DNA from: Acidobacteriaceae bacterium
GTDB taxonomy: Bacteria; Acidobacteriota; Terriglobia; Terriglobales; Acidobacteriaceae
NCBI GenBank assembly: GCA_049518555.1
Contig: JBEKRR010000013.1
Location: 5,189 to 69,188 of the forward strand
DNA: 64,000 bases
Reading direction: 5' to 3'
Shown: piece by piece, positions 10,535-18,847 of the stretch
How the letters are laid out: the number at the start of each line of letters is the position of its first letter
How positions within the stretch are numbered: position 1 is the stretch's first letter
Position numbers and translations under genes: made by a program
Notes under the pieces: model-generated
The model's database searches: none
What the model was told of the DNA's origin: nothing
The model's input: the letters and a program-made list of their open reading frames with translations, nothing else

Positions 10535-11577
10535 TCAGAGTTTGAGGTCGAGACAGGTTCGACGGCACCGCTCTCGGTTGCAATCTTCTTCAGGCTGACG
10601 TGTTCGATCCGCGCAAAGATGAGGCCGGTGGGAATGATGCAGAGGAACGTGACGACCAGCAGCAACGCTCCGCACGCGGTTGCGGCCTCAATCGGCGCGC
10701 CATAGAACTCATGCATCGCGGCCGCGGTGACGGCGATCTGCGTGAACCAGCCGATGACGGGCAGTTGCAGCAGCGAGCCGCCAAGGCTGGCGCCCATCAG
10801 CAGCATGGTGCGCGAGAACGAAATCGTCGCCAGCTCCGGCGTATCGACGAAGGCGTGCAGCGTCTCGACGTACGCGCAGCCGATCATTCCCCACATGGCC
10901 AGCGAGATCAACGAGACGGCCACAAAGTCCTGCGCCGACGAGATCGCGTCCAGCCCCTCGCGGAAGCCGCGAATCTTCTGCGCCACGCTCTCGCCGATGG
11001 GCTTGGAGAGCCAGCCCAGCGTCGCTCCGGCGACCCGCGCCACCGCGCCCCCGGCCACGCGGATGAGGACGACGAAGACGGCGATCAACGCGGTAAGACC
11101 GAGCGAGAGCAGCCCAGTGTGGACGAAGATCTCGTGGTGCGGCTGGTCGCGAGCAAACAGCAGCGCGCCGGAGAAGATCAGCGCCGCCGCGCCTAGGTCG
11201 AACATGCGCTCGATGGTGTACACCGCAACCTGCGAGCTGATGGACAACTGCACCCGCCGCGCTACCAGCGCCGGCCGGATCACATCCGCCAGCCTCCCGA
11301 AGAGCGCGACCGCGGTAAACCCTATGAACTGCGGCCCCACCAGCACAAACGGCGATACCTTCTTCGTCGAGCTCAGAAAGACCGACCAGCGAGCCGAGCG
11401 CAGCCAGAAGGTGGCATAGATCAGCGCGGTGCCCGCCGCGATATGCACCCAGCTTACATGGCGCAACTGCATCCAGAAGATCGCCCAGTCGAAGTGGATC
11501 CGGCCGCGGTTAAAGAAGACGGCCAGCGCCAGCACAATCAGAATTGCAGGCCAGACCATCCCCTTGCGACTCTTCAT
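10522..11577 (-). CDS. Lysylphosphatidylglycerol-synthase TM region / UPF0104 flippase-like membrane protein
   Basis: Multi-TM; LRSARW, GRLADVIRP, YTIERMFD pattern. Confidence 0.8.
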   Translation of the reverse strand: MKSRKGMVWPAILIVLALAVFFNRGRIHFDWAIFWMQLRHVSWVHIAAGTALIYATFWLRSARWSVFLSSTKKVSPFVLVGPQFIGFTAVALFGRLADVIRPALVARRVQLSISSQVAVYTIERMFDLGAAALIFSGALLFARDQPHHEIFVHTGLLSLGLTALIAVFVVLIRVAGGAVARVAGATLGWLSKPIGESVAQKIRGFREGLDAISSAQDFVAVSLISLAMWGMIGCAYVETLHAFVDTPELATISFSRTMLLMGASLGGSLLQLPVIGWFTQIAVTAAAMHEFYGAPIEAATACGALLLVVTFLCIIPTGLIFARIEHVSLKKIATESGAVEPVSTSNSDLSG

Positions 11578-11605
11578 CGGTCTGCTCTCCAGTGCGTCAT
11601 TCGGG

Positions 11606-12439
11606 CTACTTCGCGGCCGCCATCAGGCTCGCGTGGGCCGCCTGCGCGGCGCGCTTGCGGCGGTTGAACTCGCGGATCACGCGGGCAACATACGCGCGTG
11701 TCTCGGAGTAGGGCGGAATTCCGCGGTAGCGGTCCACCGCCGCCGGCCCCGCGTTGTATGCCGCAACCGCAAGCGCGATGTCGTCGTGGTAGCGGGTCAG
11801 CAGAGCGTCCAGATAGGCCGTTCCGCCACCGATGTTCTCCTCCGGCGCAAACGAGTTGCGCACGCCCAGATCCGACGCGGTCCCCGGCATCAGTTGCATC
11901 AGGCCCTCGGCCCCGGCGCGCGAAACGGCGCGAGCGTTGCCGTTGCTCTCAGCCTCGACCACGCTGGCCAGCAGGTCGGCGTCGATGTTGTGCTGCGCCC
12001 CGGCCCGCGCCAGCATCTCGCCCATCTCGGTGGGCGTCAGCGGAGACGTGGCTGGCGTCAGTGGAGAAGGGCCTTTCCGCGCGGGTTCCAGCAAGACCAG
12101 AGGCAGAGCAAGTGGCGCGGCGGCTGTAGTTGGTGGCGCGGGAGGATCGGGAATCTGCTCCACCCGCAACACGGAGCTGGCCGCAACCTCGATGTAGTTC
12201 GCGTCCTGGACCGCTCCCTGACCGGCAGCACTGTCGCGAACAGTCGGCAATAGATAAATCCGCACCCGGTCGCCCACTGCCTCGCGCCGCGCGCAGTCCA
12301 GCTCGAAGCCATTGCGCAGCGTAATGTGTTCCGCCCCATAAGCACGCAGCCACGGCCCGGCGACGACAGCCAGCAGTGTCAGCGTCAGGGCCAGGCCGAA
12401 GCGGATTGATCCGCCGCAAATTATTAAGCTCCGTCTCAT
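11606..12439 (-). CDS. Lytic transglycosylase (SLT domain)
   Basis: VVEAESNGNARAVSRAGAEGLMQLMPGTA, ENIGGGTAYL, AVAAYNAGP, PPYSETRAYV; N-terminal signal/TM; start 12439 or 12457. Confidence 0.9.
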   Translation of the reverse strand: MRRSLIICGGSIRFGLALTLTLLAVVAGPWLRAYGAEHITLRNGFELDCARREAVGDRVRIYLLPTVRDSAAGQGAVQDANYIEVAASSVLRVEQIPDPPAPPTTAAAPLALPLVLLEPARKGPSPLTPATSPLTPTEMGEMLARAGAQHNIDADLLASVVEAESNGNARAVSRAGAEGLMQLMPGTASDLGVRNSFAPEENIGGGTAYLDALLTRYHDDIALAVAAYNAGPAAVDRYRGIPPYSETRAYVARVIREFNRRKRAAQAAHASLMAAAK

Positions 12440-12630
12440 CACTGGTTCAGAGTCCATCCTACGACGGCGGAGTGCCGCATGGATAGGTTTCCGCACAGGT
12501 TGATCGGAAGGCCACGGCTTCAGAGCCAGTCCTGCGCGAAGTCGAATGGATGCCGCAAAGCGATACTTTTTTGACTGTGCTCCCTTGATTGCGAAGCAAT
12601 CAAGGGAGCGCGAGAAAGGCCCACGCCCCG

Positions 12631-13839
12631 TCATTCGGGAAGCGTGACGCGAGTGTTCTTCATAACCTTTAGACGCTGCAGGACCTTGCGCGTAAGCCCG
12701 GTGAGCGGAAGGCTGGCCAGGCGCGTGGTGCGCGTCCAGTGGAGATCGTGGGCGACCGCGGGAATGGCGCCGCGCAGCACATGGGCTGCGGCCCCGCTGC
12801 GCTTGCCAGTGCTGGCGCGGCTGCCGGCGCTGACGGGCACGGCGCGGCGCGCGCTGAAGACCTGCACGTAGTAGTTCGTATTCGTGATGGCGTGGCGGAT
12901 CCGCAACGCTGGCTCCAGCCCCTCCACCGCCTCCAGCGGCAGCGGCGGCAGCTCGTACATCGCGGGCATCACACTGGCGTCCGCGGGCCGGCGTTCCAGC
13001 AGGACCTCGGTGGCCGGGCCGCGCTTGCGCAGGTCCAGCAGGCAGGCGACGGGCTGGCTGCGCTGCGGCGCGCGCGCGGGCGCCAGATGCTCTCCGCGTG
13101 TGCAGCACAGCTCGCGCACAGGGCACTCGCTGCAGCGCGGCGCGCGCGGCAGGCAGACCGTTGCACCCAGCTCCATCATCGCCTGATTGTGGTCTCCCGC
13201 AGGGTTGTCGGAGTGCGACGGGCCCGCGCCGCCGCCGGATTGCCCACCCCGCCGCAATGCCGTCCCGCGCCCCTGCGGCAGCAGGGCCTGGGCCTGGGCG
13301 CGCACGAACCCCCGCGCGGCGGCGGTGTTCTCGCTGGCGCGGCCCGTGAGCCGCAGAACCACCCGCTCCACGTTGCCATCCACCACCGCAACGCCCTCCC
13401 CAAACGCAATGCTTGCGATCGCCGCCGCCGTGTACTCGCCGATCCCAGGCAGCGTGCGCAGCTCCGCCGCCGTCGCCGGCAGCCGTCCCTTGCGCTCGCC
13501 CACGATGAACTGCGCCGCCTTGTGCAACAGCCGCGCGCGGTTGTAGTAGCCCAGCCCCGACCACGCCACCAGCACCTCCAGTTCGCTGGCCAGCGCCAGC
13601 GAGACCAGCGTGGGAAAGCGCCGCATAAACCCGTTGTAGGTTTCCACCACCGCAGCCACCCGCGTCTGCTGCAGCATGATCTCCGCGACCCAGATGCGGT
13701 ACGGGACGCACGTCTCGCGCCAGGGCAGCGCGCGCGCGTTCTCGCGGTACCAGGCCATCAGCCGGCGGCGAAATACAGCGGGGTTGATCTCGCATCGAGC
13801 GCCGCCCGCAACCTCGTCGCCGCTCCCGGAACGCTTCAT
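12631..13839 (-). CDS. mutY: A/G-specific adenine glycosylase MutY
   Basis: LPWR, AEIMLQQT, WSGLGYYNRAR, LPGIGEYTA, VDGNVERV, CLPRAPRCSECPVRELC Fe-S loop. Confidence 0.93.
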   Translation of the reverse strand: MKRSGSGDEVAGGARCEINPAVFRRRLMAWYRENARALPWRETCVPYRIWVAEIMLQQTRVAAVVETYNGFMRRFPTLVSLALASELEVLVAWSGLGYYNRARLLHKAAQFIVGERKGRLPATAAELRTLPGIGEYTAAAIASIAFGEGVAVVDGNVERVVLRLTGRASENTAAARGFVRAQAQALLPQGRGTALRRGGQSGGGAGPSHSDNPAGDHNQAMMELGATVCLPRAPRCSECPVRELCCTRGEHLAPARAPQRSQPVACLLDLRKRGPATEVLLERRPADASVMPAMYELPPLPLEAVEGLEPALRIRHAITNTNYYVQVFSARRAVPVSAGSRASTGKRSGAAAHVLRGAIPAVAHDLHWTRTTRLASLPLTGLTRKVLQRLKVMKNTRVTLPE

Positions 13840-13941
13840 CGTTTCAGTCTATTCCGCGGCCCCCGCCCGCTCTATGGTTTATTGCGGCCGCGCCTGAGAA
13901 TCGCTATCCAACAGCGGCCCTCGCGCCTTACACTGTTGCGC

Positions 13942-15345
13942 ATGATCAAGAACCAGCCCCGCCGCGATTTCCTCAAGCAGACCGCGCTCGCCGCCGCCTC
14001 TGCCGCGCTTCCCATCTCCCCGTTCGCCTCATTCGCCCAGTCGCAGCAGGCTCCCGCGCCAGCCGCCGGCCAGCGCCCCGCCGCAACAGCCGTCCCGCCA
14101 TCTCCCTCCGCGCCCCGTCCCCGCTTCCCCACCGCGAACCCCGCATGGGCCGCTACCTGGGACGCCGCGCTCGCCGTTCTCGCCGGCAACGTCCGCTCCA
14201 TGCCGCGCTACGACCATCCCGTCCTGGTCGAGGGCAGCACCTACGCAGGCATCTGGCTGGAGTGCGCCCCGCTGGAGGGCCTAGTCTACGGTACGCTACA
14301 GAAGTTCGTCGCCACGCCGCCCGGCGCGCCCACGCCACTCGCCACAGCCCGCGCCAACCACATGGCCTTCTTCGCGCAGCAGAAGCCCGACGGCCAGCTC
14401 CCCGCCTCCATCAAGCTCGCCGATAAGGTCGGCACTGACGCCGGCTACGGCCAGATTCAGATGGTCGTCCCCATCGCCGCAACCGCCTGGGAGCTGGCCC
14501 AACAGACCCACGACGACGAGCTTCTGACCACCGCATACGCCTCATGCGCGCGCTGGGACGCGTGGCTGCGTCAGTACCGCGACACGCGCAAGACCGGCCT
14601 CGTCGAGGGATTCTGCACCTACGACACCGGCATGGACAACAGCCCGCGCTGGAAGGGCATCCCCAACCGCTGCCCCGACTCCGACGCGCGCAAATGCCCG
14701 CCCGATCCCACCATGCCGCGCCTCTGCCCGGACCTCTCCGCCACGGTCTATGGCGGACGAATCGCCCTTGCCGCAATGGCCCGCGCCCTCGGCAAATCCA
14801 GCGAAGAATCCCGCTGGCTCGCCGACGCCGAGCAGATCCGCCAGCTCATCCTCAGCAAGCTTTACTCGCCCGAGGACGCCGCCTTCTACGACCTCGACGC
14901 GCAGAACAACTTCGTGCGCATCCGCTCCGTCGTCACCATCCGCGTCCTCGGCGAACACGTCCTCGACCCCCACAAAGACCGGGCCATCTTCGACGCCGTC
15001 TGGACCAAACAGGTCCACAACCCCGCCGCCTTCTGGGCGCCCTATCCCTTCCCCTCCTCAGCCCTCAACGAGCCCACCTTCGTCCGTCCCATCCCGCGCA
15101 ATAGCTGGGGCGGGGCCAGCCAGGCCCTCACCGCCCTCCGCGCCCCGCGCTGGATGCCCCACTACGGCAAGCAGGCCGAGCTCACCCACCTCATGCAGCA
15201 GTGGTGCGCCGCCATCATGCGCCACACCGAGTTCCGCCAGCAGATCGACCCCCTGACCGGCGACTTCACCCAGCCCGACCCCGGCGGCTACTCGCCCGCC
15301 GCCCTCACCTTCCTCGACTTCGCCCGCCGCCTCAGCCACGCATAG
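13942..15345 (+). CDS. Tat-exported (alpha/alpha)6 glycoside hydrolase, MGH1/GH63-like
   Basis: Twin-arginine signal PRRDFLKQTALAA; DTGMDNSPRW motif; SWGGASQ. Confidence 0.7.
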   Translation: MIKNQPRRDFLKQTALAAASAALPISPFASFAQSQQAPAPAAGQRPAATAVPPSPSAPRPRFPTANPAWAATWDAALAVLAGNVRSMPRYDHPVLVEGSTYAGIWLECAPLEGLVYGTLQKFVATPPGAPTPLATARANHMAFFAQQKPDGQLPASIKLADKVGTDAGYGQIQMVVPIAATAWELAQQTHDDELLTTAYASCARWDAWLRQYRDTRKTGLVEGFCTYDTGMDNSPRWKGIPNRCPDSDARKCPPDPTMPRLCPDLSATVYGGRIALAAMARALGKSSEESRWLADAEQIRQLILSKLYSPEDAAFYDLDAQNNFVRIRSVVTIRVLGEHVLDPHKDRAIFDAVWTKQVHNPAAFWAPYPFPSSALNEPTFVRPIPRNSWGGASQALTALRAPRWMPHYGKQAELTHLMQQWCAAIMRHTEFRQQIDPLTGDFTQPDPGGYSPAALTFLDFARRLSHA

Positions 15346-15535
15346 TAACCCACAATGTTCCATGACCCCTTCAGGGGATGGTATTCACGCTCAGGCACGC
15401 CGATACTCTTGTACGGTCAGCGCATTCCTGAATTGACACAGTTCGACAGATTGGCTACGCGCCGCTTCGGACGAGAGCATCTGATGAGTGATAGGCGCAT
15501 TGTTTGCTCCGTCCCTGTACCTTAGAAAGGACTTC

Positions 15536-16462
15536 ATGAACTTCCGCTCTCTTGCGATCCTCTCCGTCCTCGCCCTTTCGCCCATCGCCATCTCCGCCCA
15601 GGCCACAGCTCTCTCGGCCCAGGCGCCAGCCGCCTCGCCCGCCCTCTACGCGGAGACGGCAGCACCCGTCTCGTTCTCCAGCTCCATCGCCGCCGACGCC
15701 CTTGTTGCTCCTGCCGCCGGCGCGCAATCCTCCTCCGCCCCCAAGGCGTCCAAGCAAAGCTCGCTCCCCTTCTCAGGCCTGGCCATCGGCGTCAAGGTCG
15801 GCCTGGCCGGCATCGGCTTCGACGTAGCCACGCCCCTGATTCATCAGTGGATCAACCTGCGCGGAGGGGCCTCGTTCATCTCCTACACGCCCAGCACCAT
15901 CACCACGGACAACCTCAACATTAACGGGACCATCAAGTTCCAGAACGCCGCCGCCATGGTCGATGTCTTCCCCTTCCACGGCCGAATTCGCCTCAGCGGC
16001 GGTGCAACCATCTATAACAACACCGGACTTACCGCCTCGCTCGCCGTCCCTGCCGGACAGAGCATCTCCTTCGGAGGCACCACCTACTATAGTGAGCCCT
16101 TAAATGCCAACAACCCCTTCGGCCCCATCACCGGCTCCGGAGTCTTCACCTTCGGCGGCAACAAGGTCGCCCCGCGCGTCACCATCGGCACCGGCAACAT
16201 GCTCCCCAAGAAGGGCCACTTCACCTTCGAGTCCGAGATCGGCTTCCAGTACTTCTCCGCGCCCACCGTGACCTTAAATAACTTCTCCGGCACCGCCTGC
16301 CTGAACTACACCGCACCCTCCACCTACACCAACTGCGGTTCCAGTTCCAGTGTCATCACCGGGCCCAGCATCACCAGTGAGGAGACCAAGCTGAATAACG
16401 ACCTCTACGACCTGCGCTTCTTCCCCATCCTCTCCTTCGGTCTCAGCTACAAGATTCACTAA
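15536..16462 (+). CDS. Outer-membrane beta-barrel protein, function unknown
   Basis: SD AGAAAGGA; signal peptide; alternating amphipathic strands; ends PILSFGLSYKIH. Confidence 0.65.
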   Translation: MNFRSLAILSVLALSPIAISAQATALSAQAPAASPALYAETAAPVSFSSSIAADALVAPAAGAQSSSAPKASKQSSLPFSGLAIGVKVGLAGIGFDVATPLIHQWINLRGGASFISYTPSTITTDNLNINGTIKFQNAAAMVDVFPFHGRIRLSGGATIYNNTGLTASLAVPAGQSISFGGTTYYSEPLNANNPFGPITGSGVFTFGGNKVAPRVTIGTGNMLPKKGHFTFESEIGFQYFSAPTVTLNNFSGTACLNYTAPSTYTNCGSSSSVITGPSITSEETKLNNDLYDLRFFPILSFGLSYKIH

Positions 16463-16506
16463 TGAGTCGCTGAGCAAGTAGGCGAGTCGAAGGAAACACG
16501 AATAGT

Positions 16507-18723
16507 ATGGGGAGAAGCGCTGTGTCTTCTCCTATAAAAAAGACGCGTGGGTTGCATAAGCCGGCCGGGCCTCGCAACGATGAGGCCGAGGACGAGCGGG
16601 ACCTCGCGGCCGCGCGCAAGCTCCCCAGCCTCCACGACTTCTTCTCGCCCTCGGGGCTGCTCTCGTGCTCCGGCCTCGAGTTCGAGCATCGCAAGGGCCA
16701 GTACGAGATGGCGCGCGCCATCGAAAAGGCCTTCGCCGACAAGCGCCATCTGATCGTGGAGGCGGGCACCGGAACCGGCAAGACGCTCGCCTATCTGCTG
16801 CCCGCGCTGCGCCTGGCCCGCGACCGCCAGCAGCGCGTCATCATCTCCACCGGAACGAAAAATCTACAGGAGCAGCTCTTCTTCAAGGACGTTCCCTTCC
16901 TGGAATCGGTCCTCGGCCCGCTCAAGGTCTGCACCATGAAGGGCCGCGGCAACTACCTGTGCAGGCACAAGCTCTACGCGCTGCGCGATTCGCCGCTGCT
17001 CAACGGGCCCGACGAGATCGGCCAGTTCCACGCCATCGCCGCCTGGGAGAAGACCACCGCCAGCGGTGACCGCGCGGAGATCGATGCGCTGCCGGAGAAC
17101 TCCGCGCTGTGGCCCAGGCTGGACGCGCGCGGCGAGGCCTGCCTCGGCCAAACCTGCCCCGACTGGGAGAACTGCTTCATCACCGCCATGCGCCGCAAGG
17201 CGCTGGAGTCCGAGATCGTCATCGTCAATCACCACCTCTTCTTCGCCGACATGGCGATCAAGCTGCAGGCCGGCGCGGCGCCCGACGCAGGCGTGCTTCC
17301 CGCTGCGGGCGCGGTCATCTTCGACGAGGCGCACGAGCTGGAGGACGTCGCGAGCAACTTCTTCGGCATAAGCCTCAGCACGCAGCGCTTCGACGAGCTG
17401 GCCCGCGATGTGGAGACCATGCTGCGCGCCAGGCAGGCCTGCACCCCCGCCATCGAGGGCGCAACCGCAACCCTGCGCGAGCGCGCCCGCCTCTTCTTCG
17501 CCGCGCTTCCGTACGATCCATCGAGGCTGGCCGCAGACTCCACCGCGAACTCCATCGCCGCACTCGACACGCCCGCCAACATCAGTCCCTACGCCGGCCT
17601 CGGCCGCATGCCCTTCGACCAGCGCGCCGAGTTCCTGGAAGAGCGCGGCGACGCCTACACCGGAGCGCTCAACGCGCTCGCCCTCCTGGAGGGCGAGCTC
17701 GACCGCCTGAAGAACGTCGACGAGGCCCCAGGCCTGCGCAAGCGCACCGCCGACATCGCCACGCATCTCAAGTTCCTGCTCGAATCGCATGACCCCAACA
17801 CCGTCTTCTGGATCGAGCGCCGCGCCGCCGGCGGAGTCCGCGCGCTTGCGCAAAAGGGGGCGCGCGGCGTCGGCCACATGAGCCATCACACCCACCTCCA
17901 GGCCACGCCCATCGACGTCTCCCAGCTCCTTGCCGCCACGCTCTTCGAGGCCTACAACTCGGTCGTGCTCACCTCCGCCACGCTCACCGTGGCCTCGGGA
18001 ACCGACGAGTCAGGCAGCCCCGTCTCCGGCTTCGAACACATCTCCCGGCGGCTCGGCCTCACCCTGGCGCGCGAGCTGGTCGTCCCCTCGCACTTCGACT
18101 ATCCGCGCCAGGCGCTGCTCTATCTGCCGCCGGGAATGCCCGACCCGCGCGAGCCCGAGTACTTCCCGCAGGCCGCCGAACGCACCCGCCGCGTGCTGGA
18201 GATCACCCACGGCCGCGCCTTCTGCCTCTTCACCAGCCACGCCCAGATGCGCGCCATGCACCAGCGCCTCTCGGCCGAACTGCCCTACACGCTGCTGCTG
18301 CAGGGCACCGCACCGCGCACTGTTCTTCTGGAGCAGTTCCGCGACACGCCCGGCGCCATCCTCTTCGGCACCTCCAGCTTCTGGCAGGGCGTGGACGTGC
18401 AGGGCGAGCAGCTCAGTTGCGTCATCATCGACAAGCTGCCTTTCGCCGTCCCCTCCGACCCCATCGTCAAGGCCCGCATGGACGCTATCGCCGCCGGCGG
18501 CGGCAACGCCTTCTTCGACTACCAGGTGCCCAGCGCGGTCATCACGCTCAAACAAGGCTTCGGCCGCCTCATCCGCTCGCTCAAGGACCGCGGCGTGCTG
18601 ATGCTGCTCGACCCCCGCATACAGCGCCAGCGCTACGGACGCATTTTCCTCGACTCGCTGCCCCCCTACCGCCAAACCCAATCCATCGAAGACGTCGAAG
18701 CCTTCTTCGCGACGGACGCGTGA
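16507..18723 (+). CDS. dinG: ATP-dependent DNA helicase, DinG/YoaA family (Fe-S)
   Basis: EAGTGTGKT, KGRGNYLC, C..CP...C, VNHHLFF, DEAHE, SATL, SFWQGVDV, QGFGRLIRS. Confidence 0.92.
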   Translation: MGRSAVSSPIKKTRGLHKPAGPRNDEAEDERDLAAARKLPSLHDFFSPSGLLSCSGLEFEHRKGQYEMARAIEKAFADKRHLIVEAGTGTGKTLAYLLPALRLARDRQQRVIISTGTKNLQEQLFFKDVPFLESVLGPLKVCTMKGRGNYLCRHKLYALRDSPLLNGPDEIGQFHAIAAWEKTTASGDRAEIDALPENSALWPRLDARGEACLGQTCPDWENCFITAMRRKALESEIVIVNHHLFFADMAIKLQAGAAPDAGVLPAAGAVIFDEAHELEDVASNFFGISLSTQRFDELARDVETMLRARQACTPAIEGATATLRERARLFFAALPYDPSRLAADSTANSIAALDTPANISPYAGLGRMPFDQRAEFLEERGDAYTGALNALALLEGELDRLKNVDEAPGLRKRTADIATHLKFLLESHDPNTVFWIERRAAGGVRALAQKGARGVGHMSHHTHLQATPIDVSQLLAATLFEAYNSVVLTSATLTVASGTDESGSPVSGFEHISRRLGLTLARELVVPSHFDYPRQALLYLPPGMPDPREPEYFPQAAERTRRVLEITHGRAFCLFTSHAQMRAMHQRLSAELPYTLLLQGTAPRTVLLEQFRDTPGAILFGTSSFWQGVDVQGEQLSCVIIDKLPFAVPSDPIVKARMDAIAAGGGNAFFDYQVPSAVITLKQGFGRLIRSLKDRGVLMLLDPRIQRQRYGRIFLDSLPPYRQTQSIEDVEAFFATDA

Positions 18724-18792
18724 GAGCCCCCCTCCCCGTTCGCAGGAGCAGTCCATTTCGTACTTGCGCGAGAGACACGCTGCATACAAAAA

Positions 18793-18836
18793 GAACGGGC
18801 CGGACAAGACCCCGAAGGATCTTGCCCGGCCCGTTC
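18793..18836 (-). terminator. Intrinsic terminator of the giant surface-protein gene
   Basis: gaacgggccgg...ccggcccgttc stem with an A-run on its left (U-tract on the minus strand). Confidence 0.75.
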
Positions 18837-18847
18837 ATCAGCACTTC

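Noticed and set aside
12509-12550. Riboswitch or REP upstream of the lytic transglycosylase
   Set aside because: No c-di-AMP (ydaO) core motifs; only a degenerate REP-like resemblance, too weak to call.
16463-16506. SOS (GTTC-N7-GTTC-type LexA) box upstream of dinG or mutY
   Set aside because: No match found by eye in either upstream region.
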